Below, in pieces: positions 48,931 to 61,105 of a DNA stretch of 64,000 bases; the stretch's first letter is position 1; each line of letters begins with the position of its first letter. This DNA comes from Amoebophrya sp. A120 (taxonomy: Eukaryota > Protista > Dinoflagellata): the NCBI GenBank assembly GCA_905178155.1, contig CAJINV010000003.1, forward strand, positions 4,623,863 through 4,687,862, written 5' to 3'. The notes under the pieces were generated by a model, which was given only the letters and a program-made list of their open reading frames with translations, did no database searches and had not been told where the DNA came from. A program made the position numbers and the translations under genes.

Positions 48931-50887
48931 CGAGAATCAGGAAAGCGGTAGCCCGAGAAACAAACCGAGAGGCCGAAAGGCCGAGAAACGACCGACAGGC
49001 CAAGGGGCCGAAAGGCCGAGAAGGGGCCGAAAGGCCGAGAAGGGGCCGAAAGGCCGAGAAGGGGCCGAAAGGCCGAGAAGGGGCCGAAAGGCCGAGAAAG
49101 GGCCGAAAGGCCGAGAAGGGGGGCGAAAGGCCGAGAAGGGGCCGAAAGGCCCAGAAGCCTCTCTTTCTCCGATTTCTCTTTTCTCGGTTTCTCTTTCTCG
49201 GCTGTCCTTTCCTCGGCTTCCCTTTTTTCGGTTTCGCTGTCTCGGTTTCTCTTTCTTTGTTTCTCTTGTCGCGGTTTCTCTTTCTCCGATTTCTTTTTTC
49301 TCGGTTTCTCTTTCGCCGGTTCGGTTTCTCTCACTCATCCCGGCTTCTCTTTTCCCGGTTGCCCTTTCGCCGGCTTCTCTTTTCGCGATTTCCCTTTTCC
49401 CGGTTTTTCTTTTCCCATTCCCGGTTTTGCTTTTCCCGGTTTCTCTTTTCCCGGCTTCTCTTTTCTCGGTTTCATTTTTCTTTTCCCGGCTTTTGTTTGC
49501 ATTTCCGGGCTTGGCTCTTTTCTCAGCCCTTCGGCTTCTCGGCCTTTCGGCTTCTCGGCCTGTCGGCTCCTCGGCCTGTCGGCTTCTCGGCCTTTCGGCT
49601 ACCCGGCCTCTCGGCTCCTCGGCCTTTCGGCTACCCGGCCTTTCGGCTACCCGGCCTTTCGGCTTCTCGGCCTTTCGGACGGCCTTTCGGCTTCTCGGCC
49701 TTTCGGCTTCTCGGCCTTTCGGCTTCTCGGCCTTTCGGCTTTCTCGGCCTTTCGGCTTTCTCGGCCTTTCGGCTTTCTCGGCCTTTCGGCTTTCTCGGCC
49801 TTTCGGCTTTCTAAAGCCGAGAAAATAAAATGGAAACTACCGGGAAAAGAGAAGCCCGGAAATGAAATGGAAACCGGGAAAAGAGAAGCCCGGAAATTAA
49901 ATGGAAACCGGGAAAAGAAAAACCCGGAAAAGAGGAGCCGAGAACCCGAGAAAAGAGAAACCGGGAAAAGACAAACCGGGGAAAGAGAAACCCGGAAAAG
50001 AGGAGCCGAGAGCCCGAGAATGGGCGAGGAGGGACACCGGGAAAAGACAAACCGAGAAAAGGGAAACTCAGAAAAGAGAAACCGGAAAAAGAGAAACCGA
50101 GAAAAGAGAAACCGAGAAAAGAGACGAAACCGAGAAAAGAGACGAAACCGAGGAAAGAAACGAAACCGAGAAAAGAGACGAAACCGAGAAAAGAGACGAA
50201 ACCAAGAAAAGAGAAACCGGGAAAAGAGAAACCGAGAAAAGAGAAACCGAGAAAAGAGACGAAACCGAGAAAAGAGACGAAACCGAGGAAAGAAACGAAA
50301 CCGAGAAAAGAGACGAAACCGAGAAAAGAGACGAAACCAAGAAAAGAGAAACCGGGAAAAGAGAAACCGAGAAAAGAGAAACCGAGAAAAGAGACGAAAC
50401 CGAGAAAAGAGACGAAACCGAGGAAAGAAACGAAACCGAGAAAAGAGACGAAACCGAGAAAAGAGACGAAACCAAGAAAAGAGAAACCGGGAAAAGAGAA
50501 ACCGAGAGAGAAGAAAGAGAAACCGAGAAAGAAGAAACCGAGAAAGAAGAAACCGAGAAAAGAGAAACCGAGAATCCCGGTGCTCGGTTTCCAATTCTCG
50601 GTTTCCAATTCTCGGTTTCCAATTCTCGGTTTCCAATTCTCGGTTTCCAATTCCCGGTTTCCAATTCCCGGTTTCCAATTCCCGGTTTCCAATTCCCGGT
50701 TTCCAATTCTCGGTTTCCAATTCTCGGTTTGCAATTCCCGGTTTGCAATTCCCGGTTTCCAATTCCCGGTTTGCAATTCCCGGTTTCCAATTCCCGGTTT
50801 CCGGTTTCCGGTTTGCAATTCTCGGTTTCCAATTCTCGGTTTCCGGTTTCCGGTTTGCAATTCTCGGTTTCCAATTCCTGATTCTCG
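48931..50887. repeat. Composite fold-back minisatellite with five blocks in alternating orientation
   Basis: Units ggccgaaaggccgagaag(g), tttctcggtttctc, their reverse complements, and ccaattctcggttt; bounded by 13-bp IR cgagaatcaggaa/ttcctgattctcg. Confidence 0.9.
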
Positions 50888-51173
50888 GTTTTTTTGTGCC
50901 TGGACATGGATTGACTTGATACGTGTGAGTTGAGGAGCTCGAGGTTCGATGAGAGAGGAACGAATTATTGCAAGGATATCCGTTCTTGCTCGAGATGCGG
51001 TTGACGCCGCATTTTCTCGGAAGAGAGCAATTCTTGGTCTCTCGGTCACTGCAACATCATACATACGTATGTATGCACTGAAACAAGGCGAGCCATCGGC
51101 ATGCGTCTGCTACTGCTTTTAGAAGAGGAGGAATAAGTAGGAGGATTGAAGCATCAGGGGATCATCATCAATC

Positions 51174-54100
51174 ATGAGTCAGTTCGGCATGGATGATGCG
51201 GACGGCGATCGGCCGGTGCGGCTGCCGTCGCAGATATTTCGACGTGGGGGCCTGACGCTGGACAACTGGATTTTGATCGGACGGTTTCTCTATCCAGAGG
51301 ACCTGATCACCCTGCGAGGCACGAACAAGATGCTGAATCGCCTTTTTCCGCACCTAATCCAGATCCTGATGGATCTGTGGATCACGAAAGTCGGGTCGGA
51401 ATTCCCCCTCGCGGAGCTCGAGACGGACATGATGAACTTCTTTATCGGACCCACCTACGAAAGAGTCTTGGAGCTAAAAAGTATCGTTTTTTTACGTGAC
51501 TAATGGTAAAAATCTTGATTGCGTTGTCGAGCGATGTACTAAAGCAAGAGCGTCGTGGTTTCCTTCGTGTGATGCTCTGTAGTAATGTCCAACCAAAATG
51601 ACAATGACTATGCCGAAACATAGGTAATTACAGCGAAGGGATGGAGCAGTTTCTAGCGAAGATTAGCGACAAGCGTTTTGTGAAGCCGATTTGGAGGCCG
51701 TACATCGAGGGCATCCTGCTGCTGCTCCGTTGCTACGAGTCGATTCAGCGGGGGCGAGCCAAGGCCAATCTAGGCTGGTGGTACGACGACTCCATTTTTG
51801 GTAGCCAAGCGTTTGATCGAAACCAACACGAAAACTTTCAGAAGATCAAGTACTGGTTCGGTGGCCTGGATAGCAAGAAAAAGGTACGTATTTACTGGTT
51901 TTTTTTTTGATTGGAACGAACGAAGATGAAAAGCGAAAAAGACACCTGAACGTTCATTGAAAGGCTGCATGAAGATATGTGAAACGACGAGTCGATATTT
52001 TTCTAAAGCTATGGCATTTTTCTTTTCTGCAGGTCCGCGGCAAGGCGGTAGCAGCCATGGACGAAGCAGAGGAACAGGCTTACGGTGCGCGTAGCCAAAC
52101 AGCAAAGGTGTTTTCCAGGAGCGACTTCCGAAAATACTACTCGGTTGGCAAGGGTTCAGCCTTCGAAGACTGGACGTGGCTCGATTTCCGGGAACTGGAG
52201 CCGTCGCTGTGCGGCTCTTACTTGCGCTACACTGAGTTTTTGCGACAACTTCTCGCACAGAAGAGGCGATCGCAGGAGGCGATGCTGCTGGAGAGCGCGT
52301 ATAGACTCTTCTGTCAGCTACTTTCGGGTGTGTTGTTTTATCAAGGACATGAAGATTGAGAACGAAGTTACAAGTTATAGAAAAATTACTCTATATCGAT
52401 AATATCCCAGTGGTACCGACGAGAACTCAGCATCCTTGACGAACTTGACTGCAGAAGAGCGTACTGCGCATGTTGACAAGATTCGAAAGCGAGAGCAGGA
52501 CCGAAAAGCTGCGTATGGAACACTGGACGAGCCACCAGACGAGCTTGTCGAGGTACTACCCGGGCGGTGTTTAAGATTCGAAAATGTGCTTCACTAGATC
52601 GTTTTTCTACTTGTGTCCATAGAGGGACCCCTACTCATTGGAAAATGAAATTCTGTATGCACTTGCATGATAGGTTGGAACCGCCGCTTGCGCCTGGGTG
52701 TACGAAGCTATTACGCTTTTCAACCGAAGCAAGGAAGCCATCACGCACTGCCGCTTTCTCCTGTCGTATTTAGCGGTGGCGCAGATGGGCATGGCAGTGT
52801 TGGAGTTTACCGAACCGCAGATGCTGGTGCTGAATTCCGCCCGGTTTCTGACTCGCAGTTTGTTTAGTCTCCGAAGATCGCACCTGACTACCACGGATGT
52901 GGAGCTAGCCCAGCTGATCTTCGCCCGCGGGGACCCCACGCCCACGGGAATCGCACCGCCCACCGTTATGCAGCGAGTCCTTGGCGTTGCCCCACCGAAG
53001 GACACGCAAGCTTCCAAGAAATCCAAATCAGTCTCCGGCGGCTCGACCACCTCCAGCTCTGCCACGCAAGAGGACTTTCTAGCGCAGCTGAAGACCAAAC
53101 AGAGTACTAAGGGACGCCAGAATATTTTTGTTTTGTAGTTGTTAGAGATGAAAGTGTGATTTTTTGCGAAGCCGATGACTGAGGAGGTAGGTAGAACCTG
53201 CGCGACGTGAGGGCAGTAGAATTGATTCAAATTTATGTGCTTTGCAGCGATCTGTGGATCTAAAAGATGCTTGTTTCCTCCAATCCATCACGCCAGATTT
53301 CCTCAAGGTCCAGAGCGCCGGTTATCAAGTTCCCTCCGTGTTGGTATTGCGCACGCTCGCGCCCCGGCCCTATCTGAACGATTTTCGGTACGCGGAAGGC
53401 GGAACCGTGGTCACAAAGTTTTCCGCGCTAGGCGCCAAATTTCGCAAGCACGCCCGACGGACGTACGTGGCAATCCAGGTAGCGAACATGTTCAATGAGT
53501 GGTACGAGCGACACAACCGCAACCGCGGGAAGAGTTTGTTCAGCGTGGAGTCCTTCGCACCCGGCAGCAGTGCCAACGTCGGCGGCAGCGCGGAGCCCCG
53601 GGACCCCAACGCGGACGCGGGCTCCGGCGAGAAGTTTGCGTTGCGCAAGAAGAAGCCCCCAGAGGTGGGCAAATACGGCTTCGAGTACAAACCGAAGCGG
53701 CCCTGGGACCCCAGCAATCTGTATCCAGCACCCATTCCTCGTGTGTCCTTTTTGGATCCTTCGGGCGGAGAAGACGAAAGCATGCAAAATTCGAAGCGGA
53801 AACAGAACCTGAACAAACCCCCCAGCCGGGAAAACGCCAACAACAAGCTTCCGAGCTTCAAGCATCTCCAGGGAGGGCAGATCACGCCGGCGGTATCGAG
53901 TGTGACCGGGCACCTCCCGCACGTGATCGAGGGCCCCACGAGCCGCGCCTCCTCCAGCTCTTCCACGAGGTGGCGGCAGACTGGTCCGGCCAAGAGCGAA
54001 CTCGATATGCTGATCGAAACCACCAAGCGGGACATGAGCTACGGCGACATGGTGCGGCGCAGCGCCTCGAAGGAAGAAGCAGATGCAGAGCAAGAAAGCA

Positions 54101-54819
54101 ACGCGTCCTCTTCCAAGGAGGCGGGTGGTGCAGCGGGTCAGTCGTCCTCGCAACTGCAAACCATAGTCGAGAACGTGATGAAGGAGGATCCGGCCGCCAC
54201 GGCCGAGGAACTGTCGGACCTGGTCACCGCTGCCGTGATTGAGAACAGTCTGAATCAGCTCGCGGACGCCGAAAACGCGGAGGTTCGCGTCGGGCAGGAC
54301 CTGCTGGAAGTAAGCTTGCAGGAAGCGATGGACCGGCTGCTGCAGGAGGACCGCGAGAGCGTGCGCGGCGACGACAGTCGCCCCTCTACGGCCAACGTGT
54401 CGCAGCACCAGTCCGCACAGATGAACAAGACCAGCACCAACACCTCGAAGTCCAAACAAAATAAGCCTTCGATGTCGCAGATGCGTGTCAGCTTCTACCC
54501 GGAGACGGTGCCGGAGACTATCGCTCGGGAGTACAAGGAGACGGAAGACTACCGGGATCGAATTCTCACGCTGGGGAGTCACCTGGGACCCTACGCGCGG
54601 GGCCATTTGGTGACTGCGGAGAATAACGACAGCGTGAACACCGTCCTGAATACCAGGAAGGGGGGCAAAAAGGCGCGGAAACCCATCAAGAGCATGGTCG
54701 ATCTGTATGTGCTGCCCAAGCTCTACCCCACCAACGCCGTCGGACAAAAGGCCGGGCGCCAAGTCGTCGGAACGAGACAAAACTGGTCCACTCCCGGGCA
54801 GCGTGAGGTCATGTTCTAA
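51174..54819 (+). CDS. Multi-exon hypothetical protein with possible N-terminal F-box-like motif
   Basis: LTLDNWILIGRFLYPEDLITLRGTNKMLNRL resembles the F-box pattern; GT-AG introns 51481-51623 and 51884-52032; other junctions approximate. Confidence 0.6.
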
Positions 54820-55700
54820 TCGATCCTAAAGAAAATAATCAGCACGTCGTCGTTGTGGTGAATGAAATGTGGGTCACCACGTCAGTTCACACGACTGACT
54901 GCTTGGCTTTTCGTGTGGACCTTTTTATTCCACACCGTGTAGAAATGAACAACGAGGACTCCTCTTTGCGTTTCAAAATTAAATGTCCGTGGATGTCTAG
55001 TACTTCCATTGCCTTTTTTATGGTTCAACAAATGCATTCAACCGCAATATAACATTTACAGATTAAGCTTTTTCCAATATACGTTTCTGACAACAGCTGG
55101 CTGGTTAATTTCACTCAAATGCAAGCTAATTGTCGGCCAGGGCGGCAGCAGCCGCCCACCGGCCTATAGACGCCGAGTGTCTAAATTAGATGCAAAACCA
55201 AAAGGAATCATAAGTGCGAAAAAGCAAGTTTCAGATAGATTTTTGAACACCTGTACTAGAGCTGCATTCCTGTATTCCCCCATTGATGCAACTATTTGGT
55301 TCCCATTGAAATCACATTGAAAGCTGTGCTTTGAAGAACGAAGTGGACTTTCGTGTACAAAGAAATGTCTCAAAATAGACACACTCACACTAGTCTCTGG
55401 CGTTGCCAGCACGCAGTGAAGTTTTTGTTTTTCTCTTTCTCTGCTTTTTCTCGGCTCGACGGTGCACCTACACATGACGCATAGCCATTTTTCTTTTTGA
55501 CGGCCTGATCGAGGCTTCTCAGCAGAAGACATAGAAGCGGATGGATCTCCTAAAAAGAGGCTCATAGTACAACTGGTTCCATCCAGCGATAAAGTAGAGG
55601 GAGAGCGAGACGAGTAAAAAACGATCGCGTCGAACTTCTCAGAAATAAGATAAATCCTTACTGGCACGAAGTAAGTAAATGTAACCCCATCACGCCCAAG

Positions 55701-57380
55701 ATGCTGTGTGTCTATTTTCGCATGCCTTTTCTTATCCGTCTGCTGCTCGGCGTGCTGTGGGGTCGTCGCCACCTCGTTTCTGCCGGCGCCGCTTCTTCCA
55801 AGTCATCTTCCCGGGGGACGAATATGCTAAACAACTGGGCGGTAATACTGGACTCGAGCCGGTACTTCTACAATTACCGGCACGCGAGCAACGCCTTGTC
55901 CTTCTATCACACGGTGAAGCGTTTGGGCATTCCCGATAGCCAGATCATTCTCATGCTGGCAGAGGACTACGCGTGTAATCCGCGGAATCCCTTCCCCGGG
56001 CAAATCTTCAACGACCAGAGCAAGTCGCTCAATTTGTACTCCGACGAGGGTGACGCTAATTCATCGTCGGGGCCATTTCAAAATCGCGGCCAGAGCAGGC
56101 GGACGTCGGACACAAAAGTAGACCAACTTTCGCAGCTTCAGCAGGACAGCTCCTCCAGTGTCGAGGTGGACTACCGGGGCGACGAGGTGACAGTTGGCAA
56201 CTTCCTGCGACTGCTGACCGGCAAGCACCCCAAGTGGACGCCGCGGAACAAGCGGTTGCTGACCAACCAGCAGAGCAACCTGCTCATTTACGCGACGGGG
56301 CACAGCGGCGCGGGGTTTTTGAAATTTCAGGATTGGGAAGAACTGCAGTCGCAGGATTTAGCGGACGCGCTGCATGTGATGCACCAGCAAAAGCGGTATG
56401 GCAAGGTGTTCTGGATTTCGGACACCTGCCAGGCGGCCTCGATCCAGAACGACATTTACTCGCCCAACGTGCTGGCGCTCGGGAGCAGTAGGGTGGGCGA
56501 AAACAGCTACTCGCACCACATCGACTACGACATCGGGGCCGCCGTTATCGACCGGTTTACGCACGATTCCCTGGAATTCTTCAACCGGGCCCTCGTGCCG
56601 CAGAATCCGCAGATGCACCGCGTTACGATCCGGGATTACTTGCAGGCTCTCGTGCCGGCGCGACTGTTCTCCAACCCGGAATTGCGCACGGACCTGATGA
56701 CGAGGAGTCCGGGCGTTGCTGCCGCGGACCCGGCGGGCACCGCGCTAGTGGAGTTTTTCGGAAACTCCCCGGGTGGCACGACCGTGGAAACTGTCCCGGC
56801 GGGTCGGTGGAGATTGCCAAGAACGCCGGCGGGTGTACGAGCGATGCTGTGGGGGAGTACAAGCAAGGGAGGAACTCGGAAGAACAGCAAAGGCACTGTC
56901 AAGGACTACAATGCTGCGCCCGGAATCGCGGCCGTGCTTCGAGAGTTGGAAGATGCAGAAAAGACTGCTGCGGGGGCCAAAGACGACACTCTTCCATCTT
57001 CAAATGCCGCTCAAGCAGGCGCTAGGACTACCGGAGTAGATCAAAAGCCAGCATTGGTAGAAGATGCTGACGCGAGCAATATGGAAAAAATTATCGAGGA
57101 AAAGAACACGAATGCGCGCACAAAGGCTACTGCGGTTGCGGTTAGCGTTTTGGTCCTGTTGCTCACGTTGGAAAGTAATTTGTTTTGGAATCAAAAGCAG
57201 TGGATCATGGGATCGACTCGTGATGCAAATTTATTTCGGGTAGCATGTTGTTATTTGATGGATCGGGGTCGGCAACCGCAACACCAGACTTGTTCGTGCT
57301 TACGTTGTGCACCTATTATGCACTTCTACATTTTATTTTGTGCAGTTGGAATCGTAGTAGTCGTAGATTCGAAGCCGTGA
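55701..57380 (+). CDS. GPI8: GPI-anchor transamidase catalytic subunit (peptidase C13); 3' end may be spliced
   Basis: NNWAVILDSSRYFYNYRH, LGIPDSQIILML, VEVDYRG, catalytic TGHSG and DTCQA; C-terminal hydrophobic segment. Confidence 0.95.
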   Translation: MLCVYFRMPFLIRLLLGVLWGRRHLVSAGAASSKSSSRGTNMLNNWAVILDSSRYFYNYRHASNALSFYHTVKRLGIPDSQIILMLAEDYACNPRNPFPGQIFNDQSKSLNLYSDEGDANSSSGPFQNRGQSRRTSDTKVDQLSQLQQDSSSSVEVDYRGDEVTVGNFLRLLTGKHPKWTPRNKRLLTNQQSNLLIYATGHSGAGFLKFQDWEELQSQDLADALHVMHQQKRYGKVFWISDTCQAASIQNDIYSPNVLALGSSRVGENSYSHHIDYDIGAAVIDRFTHDSLEFFNRALVPQNPQMHRVTIRDYLQALVPARLFSNPELRTDLMTRSPGVAAADPAGTALVEFFGNSPGGTTVETVPAGRWRLPRTPAGVRAMLWGSTSKGGTRKNSKGTVKDYNAAPGIAAVLRELEDAEKTAAGAKDDTLPSSNAAQAGARTTGVDQKPALVEDADASNMEKIIEEKNTNARTKATAVAVSVLVLLLTLESNLFWNQKQWIMGSTRDANLFRVACCYLMDRGRQPQHQTCSCLRCAPIMHFYILFCAVGIVVVVDSKP

Positions 57381-57652
57381 ACGAGCATTTTTTCTGAGTG
57401 ATCATGGAGACAAAGAAGTGAAAATGGGCGATCGATCAATCAGAATCATCTTCATCTTTGTGCAGAGATGCGGTGATGAGCGAAAAAAAGCGGAGGCGCA
57501 CATCAATCGGTGAATCGCAAGAGAAAGTATCATGCCAGATCTGCACGCGAAAATGAATCACGAGCTGTGGTTTTTCTTGTGAGAGGAGGAGTTGAAGATC
57601 ATATAGGCAGGATAACAAAAAATACAAGTTGCAAAATATAGACTTCATCAAC

Positions 57653-58908
57653 ATGGCCGCTGCGCGCTCGCTCCAGCAGGCTAAAAGCAGGATTTCTGCG
57701 TTCCTGATCCAGGAGAAAGCAAACCAAACGGGCAGGTGAATTGGGAAGCCAAACCAAACGGTCAAAGCCTGCTCCGCGGTCCTGATATATCGGTCAGTGT
57801 GTACGAAACGACGGGAAAAGTTCTGTGGCAGGGGAAGCAAGGCGCGCAGTGTCGGACCGAGTTCGCCAATTGGCGGGGCCCAGCGGTTGTAGATAGCGTG
57901 ACTGATCAGAATGGACCGGCTACTGTGGTCAACCGAACCAACAGCGCTGTGGGGCCTTCTCTTGGCAGCGTTGCTGCGTCAAGAGCAGAGTCTTTTTCCC
58001 ACCAGGTAGAAGATTCCTTTGCGCCAGGACTGAGTTCCGCTTCCGCGTCCGCCTCCTCTTTTTCATTGAATGCAACTGCGCAACCCAGAAAGTTGCCCTT
58101 GAAGGGGCAAAAGAGTTCCTTGGAAGAGTGCAACGCGTTCCTCCGCGAGGTGGAGTTTTGTGAGACAAAAATGCAGGCAATTATCCAGCCTGAGCAACCC
58201 TCCTGGTGGGAAGACAAGCGGAATACGCAGTTGCTCGTCCGGCTGGACAAAGTCGCGCAAGGAAACCTGAGTTTCTACACTCGCACGCGGACACTGCTGA
58301 TCCAGGGTAGAGATGCTGCGAAAATACAACAGCGGTTCATCGAGTGGCGTGGCGAGCGATTCGAACGTATACAAAAAGAAATGGAGGCACTGGATGCGGC
58401 TGAGACGGAGAAAAAGGAGAAACAGAAAGCGCGGCCGCGTCCTTCAGCAAAACGGCACCGCAGCAACAGCGGGTTTGCATCGACACACGAGCTCGACGAG
58501 GACACTAGTGATTCGTCCCTCGACGACGACGGCAATGATCTTATTTGCCTACCGAGGAAAATCGAATCGTGCCAATACTGTCCGAGGCCACTGTCGCGAC
58601 ACACGACCCGAGACGGACGCCGCCTGTGTTCCTTCGGCGGAAAGTGGAAGTGCAACGGCTCCTGCGAAGGTCGGTGGTGGTTCGCGGCGGCGCTGAAGGT
58701 GCAGAATGTGCCACAGTCCGACAAGGCGCACGCGTTTCCGGAAGAACTTTTTCCAGACTGCCTGGTCTGCAAAGAGAACTACTCGGTGGACCTTCTCGAG
58801 TATTTGCCTCCGAACAGCGGCCGAGCAGAAGGGCAAGTGACGACTCGCGGCCACCAGGCGCACTTATGCCCCGTTTGCAAACGAGGTGGACGTTGCGAAA
58901 GAGCTTGA
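57653..58908 (+). CDS. Protein with two RNase HIII N-terminal (TBP-like)-type repeats and a C-terminal 3CxxC-like zinc finger; frame break near 57719-57735
   Basis: VSVYETTGKVLWQGK and LSFYTRTRTLLIQGR; FGGKWKCNGSC...W...CLVC...HQAHLCPVC. Confidence 0.6.
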
Positions 58909-59221
58909 GTTGTGTTTCATTTGAATTCGCACCGGAGGAGAATGGACCGCTTACATCGATTTGAATTTTTGATTTTGTTTTTGCAGACTGGAAAACGAAA
59001 AGCTCGAAGTGTTTAGTACAAGAGCGGGCTGCACTTCAATCGGTCTGAGGCTCACAGTCAGTATGGCCACCTTCTGATTCGGTCTTCGTGCTCGCATAAC
59101 TCTTTTCGGTCTTGGTCCAGCAACGATTCAGAATCGGTGCATGCGTACGCATGGTCCGCAACCAATCGGTCTCGGGATTGTCAGTGAACTTTTGCAACAG
59201 TGCGAGCGTTTACTAGCGAGA

Positions 59222-60601
59222 CTGATCTGGTAACCAAATGCGTGCGCGCGCGCGCGCAGAGCGCGCGCCGGCCCACGAAGCCGGCGCGCGCGCTCTGCGC
59301 GCTTGCGATATTGCTTAGCAAACGCAGCGCGAAGGCAGTTGCCGTTACCATATAGGGCAACCGCCGGGGGGCGTGAAGGTCAGGGAAATGGCCAGAAATG
59401 AAGCGGGAGAAGGGAAAAAAAGCGGAGCAGATGGGAAAATGGCCAGGAGGTCAAAAATGTCGCAAAAACGGCAGAAATCAAGCGGGAGAAGGAGAAAAGA
59501 AGACATTTTTGCGGCTTGGCCCACGTGGTATCTGAAAAAGAGGCTGACTATTTTTTGCTTCGCGCGCTGGGCAGCTGCGTTGGAGCAGCAGGTCCGCGAC
59601 CTGTCCGGAAGCCTTGGGCCGCTTCGTAACTGGAAAAAGTTGGAAAAAAAAGGCAAAAAAATTACGCCATAACGTGGGCGGAAGCAATCGTCGGATTTTG
59701 TGCAGATCACCCGGACCACTTAGAAAATGAAAAAAGATGGGAAATTGCGCAAAAGCGCAACCCCTCCGCAGGCTTCAAAACTGCCAGTCAGGTGGGGGCG
59801 GTGAAAGTGTGCAGGTCGCCCGGGCCACTTGGGAAATGGGAAAAGAAGAAAAATCCTGCAAAAGCGCAACCCCTCCGCAGGCTTCAAAACTACCAGTCAG
59901 ATGCGGGCGGTGAAAGTGTGCAGGTCGCTGGGGCCACTTGAAAACCAGAAAAAGCGGAAAAATAGCGCAAAAGCGCAATCCCTCCGCAGGCTTCAAAACT
60001 GCCAGCCAGATGCGGGCGGTGGAAGTGTGCAGGTCGCCCGGGATACTTGGAAACCAGAAAAAAGAGCGAAAATGAAAAAAAATTGCGAACCCTCGGCGGG
60101 CTTAGAAACTGGCCACCAAGGGCGGTCCGGCGGGCGCGCGCTTGCGCCGTACCATCGCGATTGGGAAAAAAAAACCGCACTAGAAGCGGGCGGGGGTATG
60201 TTACAAAATCCCCATTTGCCCTGGGTTGTGGGCAGAAATTCGGCATCTTCCCCGGGTCTGAAGTGGACGATTTTGGTGGGCCAGCCCGGGTTCTTTGGTT
60301 TGCGGTTTTCCACATACCTTCCTGACCAGGTGGCCAGTTTGTCATGCAGGGGGCTAGAAAGGATGCCCCGTTGCGAAGTTGGATCGGCCACATACCTTCC
60401 TGGCCAGGTGGCCAGTTTGTCATGCACGGGGCTAGAAAGGATGCCCCGCTGCGAGCCAGGTGGCCAGTTTGTCACGCAGGGGGTTAGAAAGGATTCCCCG
60501 CTGCGAAATAGCAGACCGGATTTCGCTTTCAATGCTTATCGCAGGAGCCTGCGGGCCGCCGCGGGCGACAGTAGTTGTCCGCGGCCCTTTAGGGCCGCGG
60601 A
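59222..60601. repeat. Non-coding repeat element with flanking GC hairpins and internal tandem repeats
   Basis: Hairpins 59252-59302 and 60578-60601; 109-bp-period repeats at 59751, 59860, 59969; second repeat at 60311, 60389 and partial at about 60456. Confidence 0.65.
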
Positions 60602-61026
60602 GATACGAAAGTGCTCCTGTATACATCGAGGAAAACCAAAATCGAAACAAGAGCATGCTTGCTGTCCTAGTCTCCTCTACGGGTATCTCTGCGCTGTTTT
60701 AGTCTGAGTGTTTGTGTTTCCGCTTTTGCACCGGAGGAGTTCATGCACATGCCAGTGGGGGACTTCGCTAACACCATTTTTGGTACTTTTGCCTAGCACC
60801 TGAGTGAACAATAAAACGATGGAGTCATTCGTGCGAACAGGCAGAGGCCTTTGTAAAGAATCTTGATCATGCGAACGTATGTTTTCTGCATGGCACCACT
60901 GAGCGTAATCGATGAACAACACACCTGTGCTTTCTCAGGTCTCCCCTTACGTTTTCCTTTTCGATTTTCTCTCGTGGCAGAAAACACGTCTGCACAAGAG
61001 TTCTTTTGTGTAGGACGTTTTCGGTA

Positions 61027-61066
61027 ATTAAATTTTTTTTTTTTTTAAAAAAAAAAAAAATTTAAT
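61027..61066. repeat. Perfect 40-bp AT palindrome attaaa-T14-A14-tttaat
   Basis: Read directly; ends 40 bp upstream of the ATG at 61106. Confidence 0.85.
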
Positions 61067-61105
61067 ACGCATTGCGTTGCATTAACATCTTCCAGCATAG
61101 GCACC

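Noticed and set aside
48931-50887. CRISPR-like appearance of short repeats
   Set aside because: No unique spacers, no cas genes, eukaryotic context
48864-51064. Long ORFs of 280-417 aa on both strands
   Set aside because: Translations of stop-free satellite units; not credible proteins
53105-53113. tactaaggg matching the 32289 element TIR start
   Set aside because: No partner TIR or TSD; a GT-AG intron 53130-53247 explains the junction in frame
59829-60707. 292-aa ORF in the repeat element
   Set aside because: Built from tandem repeats with a non-ATG start and no Rep, helicase or transposase motif
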